From positions 8,176 through 72,175 of the forward strand of contig CAZPUL010000002.1 in assembly GCA_964589735.1 (NCBI GenBank): 64,000 nt of DNA, written 5' to 3'. Origin of the DNA: an uncultured Verrucomicrobiota bacterium (lineage in GTDB: Bacteria > Verrucomicrobiota > Verrucomicrobiia > Limisphaerales > JAEYXS01). Positions 1 through 9,336 of this stretch are shown in pieces. Both the position numbers and the translations under genes were made by a program. The notes beneath the pieces were generated by a model. It saw nothing but the letters and a program-made list of their open reading frames with translations. It made no database searches and had not been told where the DNA came from. The stretch's first letter is position 1. Every line of letters starts with the position of its first letter.

Positions 1-456
1 AAGAACGGCACGAATCCGTTGCCGGGCGCTCAGTGTTCTTGGGATGACCTTGTCATCGTGACGCTCTCCGAATTCGGCCGCACCACCATCCAGAACAGCT
101 CCGGTGGCACGGACCATGCCGAGGCCGGCCTGATGATGGTGGCGGGTGGCGGGGTGCGCGGTGTGGGCAAGGACGGTGCGACGAGCGCCATCCTCGGCTG
201 CCATCCGAATGATTCCGTCCCGTGGGTCACGGGGCAGACGGGCAGCATGTTCGGCGTCAGCAGCCGCTATCTGAAGCGCTCGTACGATTACCGCTCGGTG
301 TTGGGACGCATCATCCGCGACCACCTGGGTGCGACCCAAGGCCAGTTGGACCGCATCATCCCGGGTTACCTCGACAGCCGCGAGAAGCTCCTGAGCGGCG
401 GCACGAACACCATCGACAATACCGTCATCGCTGGTGAACCGGACCTTATCGCGTGA
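1..456 (+). CDS. DUF1501 domain protein, C-terminal fragment (start lies upstream of window)
   Basis: The frame is open from base 1. The segment LSEFGRTTIQNSSGGTDH parallels TGEFGRTPKINARGGRDH in the complete DUF1501 paralog at 51785-53083. Confidence 0.8.
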   Translation, partial: KNGTNPLPGAQCSWDDLVIVTLSEFGRTTIQNSSGGTDHAEAGLMMVAGGGVRGVGKDGATSAILGCHPNDSVPWVTGQTGSMFGVSSRYLKRSYDYRSVLGRIIRDHLGATQGQLDRIIPGYLDSREKLLSGGTNTIDNTVIAGEPDLIA

Positions 457-481
457 TGTGCATCCGTTGCCTGAAATAAAA

Positions 482-504
482 AAGCGCGGGCATTGCCCGC
501 GCTT
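482..504. terminator. Hairpin terminator between convergent genes
   Basis: AAGCGCGGG-cattg-CCCGCGCTT forms a 9-bp stem. It is flanked by an A-run on the + strand, which reads as a T-run on the - strand downstream of the 527-1228 gene. Confidence 0.6.
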
Positions 505-526
505 GGAAAATTTACGTGCTCGTCGC

Positions 527-1228
527 TTACTTCGCTGCCGTCAGCTTGGCTTTCGTCTTGCCCCAACCCTCATTCGGCAGCGCCTCCCACACACGCAGGT
601 TGCGGAACGAAGCCGATTCACCGGAAACGGTGAACCCGAAATTAGCCTTGGAAGTCGCAATCAGTTCATTCGCACCCGCGACCGCCTTGCCATCGATATG
701 GGCGACCATCTCATCGCCCTTGAGCTCGAGCACCACGGTTTTCCAGACACCGGGTTTGATGTCCACCTTTTGCGTGCCGAACTTCACGGCTTTATCCGGC
801 CCCTCATGGTCGTGGTCATCCTTTTGCGCGGTGAAACCGTCCTTGTTGATGAGCACGCGGCAGACGTGTTCTTTCGCGTCATTGATGCTCAGGGTGGTCA
901 TCCGGCAACCATCCACCCGCACGTCATACTGGATGACGACGTCCTTGTATTGCAGGGGGAAACGGGCGACCGCGCCATGCTTGTCCTCTTTCAGTTCGGT
1001 GCCTTTCATCGCCCCGTCCGCGAACTCCCATTTGCCGGGGCGCAAACGCCAGCCCTTGGTCCACGCTTCGCCTTTCTTCACTGCCGGCGCAGCTTCCACC
1101 TGTTTGGTGAAATCTTCGCTCAGGAGCAGCTTGCCGCGCTCGGTCATGAGCGTTTTGGGATCGGCCGCGTGAAGTTGGGTCAGGGCCAGTGTACCGGCCA
1201 AGGTCAGGAATCGGGTCAGAGTTTTCAT
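527..1228 (-). CDS. Secreted DUF1080 (3-keto-disaccharide hydrolase-like, concanavalin-type) protein
   Basis: Signal peptide MKTLTRFLTLAGTLALTQLHA. The W..RPGKWEF.DG and FRNLRV motifs are typical of DUF1080. ATG at 1228 is preferred over TTG at 1237. Confidence 0.75.
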   Translation of the reverse strand: MKTLTRFLTLAGTLALTQLHAADPKTLMTERGKLLLSEDFTKQVEAAPAVKKGEAWTKGWRLRPGKWEFADGAMKGTELKEDKHGAVARFPLQYKDVVIQYDVRVDGCRMTTLSINDAKEHVCRVLINKDGFTAQKDDHDHEGPDKAVKFGTQKVDIKPGVWKTVVLELKGDEMVAHIDGKAVAGANELIATSKANFGFTVSGESASFRNLRVWEALPNEGWGKTKAKLTAAK

Positions 1229-1329
1229 GGTGTTCAAGGAAGCCAGACGCCGAAGCAGCTACGGAAGTTACAGCCAGCTTGTACGCTTGGCTTTTCTGCC
1301 GCAACCCGGCACAACCACAGGAGCAAGAC

Positions 1330-2118
1330 GTGAGAAAAGCATACACATCGGCCCTGATCGTGACCGCCGTGGCTTGGGGCAGTGGCGCAGCACTGGCGGA
1401 GACGGTGCAACTGACGCCCACCGCCGATACCACCCTCATCGCCGTGAGTCCGGACAACAATCTCGGCGGCAAATCGTTCTTCAACGCCGGCACCACGCAG
1501 AATTTCACCAAGAACCGCGGTCTCATCCTTTTCGATCCTCTCTCGATCGTTCCCGCCGGAGCCATTATCCAGTCAGTTTCCGTGAAGTTCGAGGTGCTGG
1601 GCCAGCCGGTGGATGGTTATGCTCCGGGCATGTTTGGTCTGCATCGCATGAATGTTTCCTGGGGCGAGGGCGACAAGAATCCCTCCACGCAAGTCGGTCT
1701 CGGCCTGCCCGCCACGACGGGCGAAGCGACTTGGAACAATCGGTTTCATGGACAGGGTCTGCCATGGTCCCAACCGGGTGGGGAGGCGGGCGTGGACTTT
1801 GTTGCCCAGGCCAGCTCCAGTCAGATCGTGTATGATGTCGGCAACTCGCCTTACATCTTCGACTCCACCTCGGCGCTGGTTTCCGATGTGCAATACTGGC
1901 TGGACAATCCCGGCCAGAATCATGGCTGGATGCTGAAGCTGGCGGATGAATCAGTGGACTTCACTTCCCGCCGCTTTGGTGCCAGTGAAGGACCGGATGC
2001 CGCCATTCTATCCATCCAGTACGCCATGGTGCCTGAACCAGGAGCAATGCTGCTCATGGGGCTGGGCGGCGCGGCTCTCTGCGCTCGCTTACGCAATCGC
2101 CGTTTGTTGAAACGTTGA
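1330..2118 (+). CDS. DNRLRE-domain protein with PEP-CTERM sorting signal
   Basis: GTG start at 1330 is preceded by AGGAG. N-terminal signal peptide. TADTTLIAVSPDNNLGG matches the DNRLRE type. The C-terminus VPEPGAMLLMGLGGAALCARLRNRR is PEP plus a TM helix plus a basic tail. Confidence 0.8.
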   Translation: MRKAYTSALIVTAVAWGSGAALAETVQLTPTADTTLIAVSPDNNLGGKSFFNAGTTQNFTKNRGLILFDPLSIVPAGAIIQSVSVKFEVLGQPVDGYAPGMFGLHRMNVSWGEGDKNPSTQVGLGLPATTGEATWNNRFHGQGLPWSQPGGEAGVDFVAQASSSQIVYDVGNSPYIFDSTSALVSDVQYWLDNPGQNHGWMLKLADESVDFTSRRFGASEGPDAAILSIQYAMVPEPGAMLLMGLGGAALCARLRNRRLLKR

Positions 2119-2180
2119 TTGGTTAAATGGTTGAAACGTGAATCGATTCACGCTTTAACGCCTTTAACGATTCAACGAAT
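2106..2180. repeat. Short AT-rich repeat family R7 (GTTGAAACG / CGTTAAAGGCGTTAAA / GATTCAACG units), copy 1
   Basis: Related copies lie at 32285-32335 and 42343-42410. This copy contains the perfect 16-bp palindrome CGTGAATCGATTCACG (2137-2152). Confidence 0.6.
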
Positions 2181-2186
2181 TCCGAC

Positions 2187-3146
2187 CTATTTAGGCAGCC
2201 ACTTCTCCCACTGCTTGGCGATCTGTTCCACGTTCTCCTTCTTCACTTCCATGAGTTGCGTGTTGTCGATGGCTTTCGTCGGATTCTTCTTCAAGTGCAG
2301 CTTGTTCACCAAGTGCTCTACAGAGCGCCAGCCGTAGTTATACACATCCTGGCCGAGCAGCAATTGCACATGGCCGCTGCGCACGTAGCCGAGCTGTTGG
2401 GGCAGCGCATCCACGGAGACGCATTTCACCGTGCCGGCGGGCCACTTGAGCGCGTTGTCCGTGAAGAGCGGCCAGCCGCCGAGAAAGCCCCAGCCGGTGA
2501 TGTCCGGATTCGCCTGCATGACCTGCTCGATGCGCGCGACAGCGTCTTGCGGAGTCTCCTTATGATAGAAGATGTCCACGATGCGGATGCCGGGGTAAGC
2601 CTTCGCGCCCGCGCGGAAACCAGCAGCACGTTGCTGGAGGTTCGCCGCATTCGGATTGCCGTCGATGGCCGCCACGACACCTTTGCCGTTCAACAATTTG
2701 GCGAGCGATTCAAAGGTGGCCTTGCCGCATTCAAAATCATCGATGCCCACGGAGACAAAGCGCTGGCTGTTTGGTGCGTCGCCGGAGAAGGTCAGCACGG
2801 GCACACCATTCTTCACGGCCTTATTGATGGCGTCCGTGAGTTTGATGGCGTCTGAGCAACTGATGATGATGCCGTCCGCGCCGTTGAGCACGAGCTGCTC
2901 GATGTATTCCGCCTGCTTCTGCGCGTCCTCTTCGTTCGGCGTCCGCCAGTCGATCTTGATCTTGATGCCGTGCTTGGCGGCGAGTTCCTTGGCCGCATCA
3001 TTCGCTCCCGCCCGTGCCGCCTCAAAGAACGGATTGCCCTGCGATTTCGCGATCATACCAAAGGTGTAAGTGCGTTGGGCAAAGGAGGTTTGCGGCATGA
3101 GGAAGGCAGCCGCGAACAACGCCAAAAGGAATGTGAAACGGGTCAT
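2187..3146 (-). CDS. Periplasmic sugar-binding protein (ABC-type, ribose/LacI-like PBP fold)
   Basis: Signal peptide MTRFTFLLALFAAAFLMPQTSFA. The motifs GNPFF..A..GA, NGADGIIIS and VLTFSGDAP are typical of type I sugar SBPs. Confidence 0.8.
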   Translation of the reverse strand: MTRFTFLLALFAAAFLMPQTSFAQRTYTFGMIAKSQGNPFFEAARAGANDAAKELAAKHGIKIKIDWRTPNEEDAQKQAEYIEQLVLNGADGIIISCSDAIKLTDAINKAVKNGVPVLTFSGDAPNSQRFVSVGIDDFECGKATFESLAKLLNGKGVVAAIDGNPNAANLQQRAAGFRAGAKAYPGIRIVDIFYHKETPQDAVARIEQVMQANPDITGWGFLGGWPLFTDNALKWPAGTVKCVSVDALPQQLGYVRSGHVQLLLGQDVYNYGWRSVEHLVNKLHLKKNPTKAIDNTQLMEVKKENVEQIAKQWEKWLPK

Positions 3147-3251
3147 GCGAATGAGTGTATGGGTTGAGCGGGAAAAATCAAACCACAGAATGAGAGGCTT
3201 CATCCCTATTCCCGAACTTGCCTTCCTTCTTTGATGTGAAAGGATTCGGCT

Positions 3252-4244
3252 ATGTTCACCCGCTGGTTACCATCTCTACTGCTTGGCTTCACCGTGCTTG
3301 CTTCTGTCGATAAGGCTGTCGGAGCTGAGCCCGCTGTTGGCATACGGGGTGAAGTCGGGTGCAAGAGTAGTCCGATGAAAGTGGACCGGCTGGTGATCGA
3401 CAAGCCGGGCGTTTACGAAAACATCCAGGTGGATGGCAAATGGGTGGCCAGCAATCTGGTGAAGATCACCGCTGACAACGTCACCCTGCGCAACTGCGAG
3501 ATCTTTAATGGTCGCCACAATGGCATCACGGTCTATGCGACCAATGTGGTCATCGAATCCTGCAAGATCCATCATCTGCTCAATGGCACCTTCAAAGACC
3601 AGCAGGACGCCCACGGTATCACCGGACGTCCGCAGAATCTGGTGATCCGGAATTGTGAGATCTACTACGTCTCCGGTGATTCGGTGCAATTTGATCCGGG
3701 TCGCGGCCCGTGGGACAATGTGCTGATCGAGAATTGCACGTTCTGGAACGGACCACTGCCCGCTGATGCTGCGGGTTTCAAGAAAGGCGAACGTCCGGGC
3801 GAAAATGCGCTGGATACGAAACAATCCACCAAGAATCCCCGGAGCCGGATCACCTTGCGCAACTGTGTGTTCTACGGCTGGAACCAACCCGGCCAGATCG
3901 ACAACCTCGCCGCGTTGAATTTGAAGAATCACGTCGAGGTAAAGGTCGAACGATGCCTGTTCCGGGATAACGAGATCTGCCTGCGCCTGCGCGGTCCCGG
4001 CAGTGGCAACGGGCAATACGGTGGTGCCTTGGTCACCGTTGATGATTGCGCGGTTTATGATTCAACCGTTGCCCTGCGCCTCGAGGACAAGATCGTGAAT
4101 CTGAAGATTTCCCGGCTGGGCATTGGTCAGGGAATCAAAACGAAGGTGGTGTCCGCAGGTGGCGGCGCAGGAGCGGGTTTTGTGAATGAGGGGGAATACT
4201 CACCACCGCCGTATGATCAGATGTTGCGGAACTGGCGGCCTTGA
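3252..4244 (+). CDS. Secreted right-handed parallel beta-helix repeat protein
   Basis: Signal peptide. Repeated units of the form N-V-x-I/L-x-N-C (VTLRNCEI, VVIESCKI, LVIRNCEI, VLIENCTF, ITLRNCVF). Confidence 0.7.
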   Translation: MFTRWLPSLLLGFTVLASVDKAVGAEPAVGIRGEVGCKSSPMKVDRLVIDKPGVYENIQVDGKWVASNLVKITADNVTLRNCEIFNGRHNGITVYATNVVIESCKIHHLLNGTFKDQQDAHGITGRPQNLVIRNCEIYYVSGDSVQFDPGRGPWDNVLIENCTFWNGPLPADAAGFKKGERPGENALDTKQSTKNPRSRITLRNCVFYGWNQPGQIDNLAALNLKNHVEVKVERCLFRDNEICLRLRGPGSGNGQYGGALVTVDDCAVYDSTVALRLEDKIVNLKISRLGIGQGIKTKVVSAGGGAGAGFVNEGEYSPPPYDQMLRNWRP

Positions 4245-4256
4245 GATGGGCAATCT

Positions 4257-4925
4257 CTAACCAACGGCGAGCAGTTTCACCTGCCGCGCATTGATCATCG
4301 CATTTAACCGCTCTTCCAGTCCCTCCACCGCTTCCGCGAAAATCTCCTGGCAATCATCTTCCGTGATGGGCAGGGATTTGCTGGCGGAGTGGACGAAGCC
4401 GGCCAGGCTTTGCCGGGAGTAGCTGATGAGGCCTTGGCGCAGCGGCAGCGAGAACTGTTGCAGTGCCAATCCATACACGAGCACATGCCAGCCGTGGGCT
4501 TTGTTCTCATCCACGGCTTGCAGATAGCGCATCACCACACGTTGATCGCGCAGGGGACGCAGGCGTTTCAATTTGCTGCGGCCGACGCGTTGGCTGGCGG
4601 AGGCGAGGTCTTTCTCGCTGAAGATCGTTTCCAACTGCTGGTCGAGCGTGATGAGGTCGCGGGCGAAGCCTTGCTGGGCGAATTGATGGGCCTGCAAGAT
4701 GGCGGGCAGCTCGATGGCTTCAAGGATTTGCTGCCGGTAATGGCTGAGAAACTGGCGTAGCGTGGCGGCGTCCTGCACCTTGGGCAGATGCCACGCAGAC
4801 GCAGCGCGGCCCAAGGCGAGAAATCCCTCCGGTGTGCTCACTTGCTCGAGCAACGGATTCGGATCGCCCAAAACCTCGGCGGCCTCACCGGTCAATCTGG
4901 CAGCATCGTCGAACACTTCGTGCAA
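4257..4925 (-). CDS. Hypothetical protein, weak UreF-like resemblance
   Basis: A 222-codon ORF with good coding GC pattern. HGWHVLVYGLALQQFSLPLRQGLISYSRQSLAGFV resembles the UreF core. The start codon is uncertain (TTG at 4925). Confidence 0.45.
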   Translation of the reverse strand: MHEVFDDAARLTGEAAEVLGDPNPLLEQVSTPEGFLALGRAASAWHLPKVQDAATLRQFLSHYRQQILEAIELPAILQAHQFAQQGFARDLITLDQQLETIFSEKDLASASQRVGRSKLKRLRPLRDQRVVMRYLQAVDENKAHGWHVLVYGLALQQFSLPLRQGLISYSRQSLAGFVHSASKSLPITEDDCQEIFAEAVEGLEERLNAMINARQVKLLAVG

Positions 4926-5000
4926 CCTATCGCCAGCGGCCCCAGAATGCCAATCGGAAATGGGTGACAGACCGGTAAATTTTTATGCCCGCCAGCGAAC

Positions 5001-6524
5001 TTACTGCTTGGCAAACACCATCGGCGCACTCGCATTGCCGAACCGATTCACTGCCGTTAGAGCGATGGCATCCGCACCTTTGCCGCCGATGGCTTTCACC
5101 TTGGCCCGCGTGGTGCCGCTGCCATAGACATGCGTTTCCCAGTTGTTCCCGCGCTTCACTTGCAAGACCCAGTTCTGGATAGGATTGCCCGGCTCGATGC
5201 TCCATTGGATCTCGATCTCGCCCGAGCCGTTACCATTCTGCACCAGCAGCTTCGGCTTCGGTGGCGTACTCTGGCTGAGCCACGGTGAGGCGGGCACCAG
5301 CGCGTTATCTGTGTAGAAGCGGTCCATGAGCAGTTCCTGCACCTTGCCCTTGTTTGCAGCCAGCGGTTTGCTGTGCCACATCACATTGCCGGTGGAGCCC
5401 TTCTGTTTGCGCGTGAGCTCCATCTGGTGCTGGAAATCCGTGAGGGGCCATTTATCGATGATCTTGTCCAGATTGTTGCCCGGCCATATATGCCGCTTCT
5501 GCTTGTTGACGCTCACCCACCAGTCGAGCAGCAGGGGATAACTCTGTCCCGTCTCGCTCACGCCCCAGTAGAGCTGTGGCACATAATAATCACACCAGCC
5601 TTCCTCCAGCCACTTGCGCGAATCCGCATAAAGCTCCTTGTAAGCGTCCAACCCTTTCACTTCTTTCGGAAATCCCGGCCGCCAGATGCCGAAGGGGCTG
5701 ATGCCGAACTTCACCCAGGATTTCTCCTCCTTGACCATCTTGTAGAGTTTCTCCACGAAGATGTTCACGCTCTCCCGCCGCCAGTCGTCGCGCTCCAGCT
5801 TGCCGCCGTTTTTCTGATAACGGGCCCAGCTCACGTCATCCGGGAACTCCACCAGCTTGCCTTGCGCATCTTTCACCCGGTAGGGATAGAAATAATCGTC
5901 GATATGCACGCCATCGATGTCATAGCGCTTCACCACATCGCGGATGATCTTCAGCGAATACTCCTGCACATCAGGTTCGGAGGGATCGAGCCACAGGTAT
6001 GTTCCGTAACGCTTCACCAACTCCGGACGGGTCTTGCTGATGTGTGTGCTGGAGACCACGCCGGGCGAGGCGGTATTGCGTACGCGGTAAGGGTTGAACC
6101 ACGCGTGCAATTCCAAGCCACGCTTGTGCGCCTCTGCCACCGCGAATTCGAGCGGATCGTAATAGGGCTCGGGCGGCCTGCCCATCTCGCCGGTGAGATA
6201 CTCGGACCACGGCTCCAGCTTGGAAGCATAGAGCGCATCGCACATCGGCCGTATCTGCAGGATCACGGCGTTCTGATTCAGCTTCACTGCCAGGTCCAGC
6301 AGGGCGCGCAGTTCTTTTTGTTGCTCGCCGCTGGGCAATCCTTTTTTGGAAGGCCAGTCGATGTTCGACACGGTGGCGACCCACACTCCACGGAACTCAC
6401 GGTCGACGGCGGGCGGCTTGATCTCCGAGGGCTGATACGTGGCCGCCAAGACTGCACTGGAAAAGAGGATGGAGGCGATCAGACTGAGCCACCAGTGATT
6501 TCGGGGGAGAGATTTCACGCGCAA
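5001..6524 (-). CDS. Glycoside hydrolase-like GHL10 (DUF187, YngK-type) protein with C-terminal Ig/Fn3-like domain
   Basis: Signal peptide. The motifs FRGVWVATVSNIDWPS, AVILQIRP, LELHAWFNPYRV and GVHIDDYFYP match. Start is TTG 6524 or GTG 6518. Confidence 0.85.
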   Translation of the reverse strand: MRVKSLPRNHWWLSLIASILFSSAVLAATYQPSEIKPPAVDREFRGVWVATVSNIDWPSKKGLPSGEQQKELRALLDLAVKLNQNAVILQIRPMCDALYASKLEPWSEYLTGEMGRPPEPYYDPLEFAVAEAHKRGLELHAWFNPYRVRNTASPGVVSSTHISKTRPELVKRYGTYLWLDPSEPDVQEYSLKIIRDVVKRYDIDGVHIDDYFYPYRVKDAQGKLVEFPDDVSWARYQKNGGKLERDDWRRESVNIFVEKLYKMVKEEKSWVKFGISPFGIWRPGFPKEVKGLDAYKELYADSRKWLEEGWCDYYVPQLYWGVSETGQSYPLLLDWWVSVNKQKRHIWPGNNLDKIIDKWPLTDFQHQMELTRKQKGSTGNVMWHSKPLAANKGKVQELLMDRFYTDNALVPASPWLSQSTPPKPKLLVQNGNGSGEIEIQWSIEPGNPIQNWVLQVKRGNNWETHVYGSGTTRAKVKAIGGKGADAIALTAVNRFGNASAPMVFAKQ

Positions 6525-6602
6525 GCTTGATAAGTTGTGTTGCTGGCAAAGGCAAGCGCCATCAGCTTGACGGGCGTCTGCAGCCCATCAACCATCCTGC
6601 TC

Positions 6603-6971
6603 ATGGCCAAGAAAAATGAGTTCGTGTCGCACATCATCGAATCACTGGCCGCTTGGTCACCGGTGACGGCCCGCAGCATGTTCGGCGGTTACGGCATCTA
6701 CCGCGAGGATCGCATGTTCGCGCTCGTCGTCTACGACACGCTCTACTTCAAGGTAGACGAAATCAGCCGCCCGGAATTCGAATCCGCCGGTCTGGCTCCC
6801 TTCACTTATGGCGAAAACCGCGTGGTCATGGCCTATTATCATCCGCCGTTGACCGCCTTGGATGACCCGCAAGAACTGGCCGCCTGGGCGGAGAAAGGGT
6901 GGCAGGCGGCGATGCGTGCCACCGTCAAGCCGAAGAAGAAAACAGCCAAACAGCCCAAGAAAGCCGTCTGA
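6603..6971 (+). CDS. TfoX N-terminal domain protein
   Basis: The motifs ARSMFGGYGIY..DRMFALV..DTLYFKVD match. The C-terminal tail is lysine-rich. Confidence 0.8.
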   Translation: MAKKNEFVSHIIESLAAWSPVTARSMFGGYGIYREDRMFALVVYDTLYFKVDEISRPEFESAGLAPFTYGENRVVMAYYHPPLTALDDPQELAAWAEKGWQAAMRATVKPKKKTAKQPKKAV

Positions 6972-7089
6972 AGCCCTTGATGCCAATGAAGTTGCCGCCT
7001 TTTCTTGAACGCCAAGCCTTTGCCAACTGCCTAAACTTTGGCTCAATAAATTCTGGCCTGAGAGCGTCAAAAGGCTAAGCTTGAAAAAC

Positions 7090-8298
7090 ATGTCCATCAT
7101 AGAGCGCACAGTCACGGTTAGCTGGCGTTGCCGCGTCCACTTCACGCAGCATGTCTTCGATCTGGGGAATACGACGCTGCGGGATACGCTGGCGGAGGCT
7201 GAACCGCAGAAGGTCCATAAGGCCTTCATCGTGGTCGATGAATCGCTGGCCAAGGCGCAGCCGGACCTGTTGAGCCGCATCGAGGCCTATTTCCGCGCCC
7301 ACGCGGACCGGCTGAAGCTCATGGGTTCGCCCATGATCCTCGAAGGTGGCGAGCGTGTGAAGAATTCCTACTTCCACGTTTCCGAGATACAATCGCATCT
7401 CGAACGCCACCATATCGACCGCCATTCCTACCTCATCGCCATCGGTGGTGGCGCGATCCTGGATGTCGTCGGCCTGGCGGCGGCGACGGCGCATCGCGGT
7501 GTCCGCCATGTGCGCATCCCGACTACGACCTTGGCCCAGGATGATTCCGGCGTAGGCGTGAAGAACGGCATCAACGCCTTCGGTAAAAAGAATTTCATCG
7601 GCACTTTTTGTCCGCCTTACGCCGTCATCAATGACTTCTCACTGCTCTCGTCTCTGCCTGAGCGTGATAAGCGCAACGGCTATGTGGAGGCGGTGAAGGT
7701 GGCGCTCATTCGGGATCGCGAGTTTTTTGAACGCATCGAGAAAGATGCTGCTGCGCTCGCTCGCTTCGACGCGGAGGCCATGCGCCCGCTGATCTATCGC
7801 AGTGCGGAACTGCATCTGAACCACATCGCCACGGGCGGCGATGCGTTTGAGTTTGGCTCTGCGCGACCCTTGGATTTCGGCCACTGGGCGGCGCACAAGC
7901 TGGAGCAGGTGTCGGATTACCGCATCCGCCATGGGGAAGCGGTGGCGGTGGGCATCGCGCTGGATACGGTCTATGCACGCCGAATGGGATATCTGGATGC
8001 CCAGTCCTGCGAACGAGTACTCGCCTTGCTGGAGAAGCTGGGCTTTGAATTGTTCGCCAACGAACTGCTGCTCGCGGATGGCACCGGCAATCTGGTGCTG
8101 CTGAACGGTCTGGAAGAATTCCGCGAGCATCTCGGCGGTCAACTCACGATCACGTTGCTGCGGGGCATCGGCGAAGGCTTCGAGACGCACGAGATGGTGC
8201 CGGCGAAGATTGTTGCTTCCATCCAGGAATTGCAGGAACGTCAGGCCATGCGCGAACAGCGCATCGTCCCGCTCACGGGCCGTCAAAAAGCTTCATAG
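7090..8298 (+). CDS. 3-dehydroquinate synthase family sugar-phosphate cyclase (EboD-like rather than canonical AroB)
   Basis: The motifs IGGGAILDVVGLAAATAHRGVRHVRIPTT and DDSGVGVKNGINAFGKKNFIGTF match. Canonical AroB has DSSVGGKTG at the second site. The stop lies 2 nt before the next gene. Confidence 0.8.
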   Translation: MSIIERTVTVSWRCRVHFTQHVFDLGNTTLRDTLAEAEPQKVHKAFIVVDESLAKAQPDLLSRIEAYFRAHADRLKLMGSPMILEGGERVKNSYFHVSEIQSHLERHHIDRHSYLIAIGGGAILDVVGLAAATAHRGVRHVRIPTTTLAQDDSGVGVKNGINAFGKKNFIGTFCPPYAVINDFSLLSSLPERDKRNGYVEAVKVALIRDREFFERIEKDAAALARFDAEAMRPLIYRSAELHLNHIATGGDAFEFGSARPLDFGHWAAHKLEQVSDYRIRHGEAVAVGIALDTVYARRMGYLDAQSCERVLALLEKLGFELFANELLLADGTGNLVLLNGLEEFREHLGGQLTITLLRGIGEGFETHEMVPAKIVASIQELQERQAMREQRIVPLTGRQKAS

Positions 8299-8300
8299 CC

Positions 8301-9239
8301 ATGAATCGCCGCCGTTTTATCGGTCTGACCGCAACGCTCGGTGGCGGTCTTCTGACCGGAGCGGTGAAGGCGGCGGACGCTGGCAAGCCCGTGGGATTTG
8401 CGGTGGCCGGTTACCTGCCTGATTATCGGATCAGCGCCAAGAACCTTGCTCGTACGCAGCATCTTACCGACCTGATCGCCTTCTCCATTGAGCCGCGCGA
8501 CACCGGCGATCTGGAGTTTCGCTCCTGGGATGCCGGGGCTTTTGCCCTCCTGCGCAAGGCCCGTACCGATCATGGCTGCCGCCTGCTGGCTTGTCTGGGC
8601 GGTTGGGAACGCTCGGATGGGTTTCGTGCTGCGCTCAGTTCGGCCGAGGCCCGAGGCCGGCTGGTGCAAAACATCCGCACCCTCTGCGAAGAGGAGAAAC
8701 TGGATGGCATAGACCTGGATTGGGAACACCCGAAGACTTTGGGTGAGGCCCGCGATTACGGCGTCTTCATGGAATTGCTTAAGCTGGCCCTCGGCCCGGG
8801 CAAGCTGCTCACGGCCGCTGTGGCGGTGGATCAGACCTGGTGGGGAGAAAGCGTGAATCATCTGGATCGTGTCCACCTGATGGCTTATGACCAGCCGGGG
8901 CGTCACGCCACGGTGCAAGGCGCGGAAGCGGCCATCGACCGCTGGATCGATCATGGTGTGCCGGCCGGCAAGCTTTGTCTCGGACTCCCTCTTTACGGAC
9001 GCGGCATGACCCAGCGGGAACGGGCCATGGCCTACAGCGACATGGTGAACAAACCCGATTTCCGCACGGAAGCGGATGAATGGGACGGGCTATATTTCAA
9101 CGGCCCTTCCACCCTCGCGGCCAAGGTGGCCCTGGCGAAAAAGAAAAAGCTGGCCGGAGTGTTCGTGTGGGAGATCGGCCAGGATGCGGATGAGGACAAG
9201 TCCTTGCTGAAGGGCATCAAGGCGGCGGTGAAGAGTTAG
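8301..9239 (+). CDS. Tat-exported GH18 (chitinase-like) glycoside hydrolase
   Basis: Twin-arginine signal MNRRRFIGLTATLGGGLL. Intact catalytic motif DGIDLDWE. The C-terminal VFVWEIGQD motif is present. Confidence 0.85.
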   Translation: MNRRRFIGLTATLGGGLLTGAVKAADAGKPVGFAVAGYLPDYRISAKNLARTQHLTDLIAFSIEPRDTGDLEFRSWDAGAFALLRKARTDHGCRLLACLGGWERSDGFRAALSSAEARGRLVQNIRTLCEEEKLDGIDLDWEHPKTLGEARDYGVFMELLKLALGPGKLLTAAVAVDQTWWGESVNHLDRVHLMAYDQPGRHATVQGAEAAIDRWIDHGVPAGKLCLGLPLYGRGMTQRERAMAYSDMVNKPDFRTEADEWDGLYFNGPSTLAAKVALAKKKKLAGVFVWEIGQDADEDKSLLKGIKAAVKS

Positions 9240-9336
9240 GACCTCAGCTACGCGCTTGATTTCGATGTTGTTGAAACGCTGGCAACGAAGCTTTTCTCCT
9301 TTAGCTATTTCCCTGTTTCCCACACCCTGACAGTTC

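Noticed and set aside
434-1333. Plus-strand ORFs of 299 aa and 218 aa overlapping the DUF1080 gene.
   Set aside because: They are antisense to a gene with a signal peptide and family motifs, and they have no motifs of their own.
7090-8298. This gene could have been called canonical aroB of the shikimate pathway.
   Set aside because: The active-site loop differs from AroB (GVGVKNG versus SVGGKTG), and the neighbours are a GH18 and an NPP enzyme rather than aro genes. It is therefore called only as a DHQS-family cyclase. This needs a phylogeny to settle.
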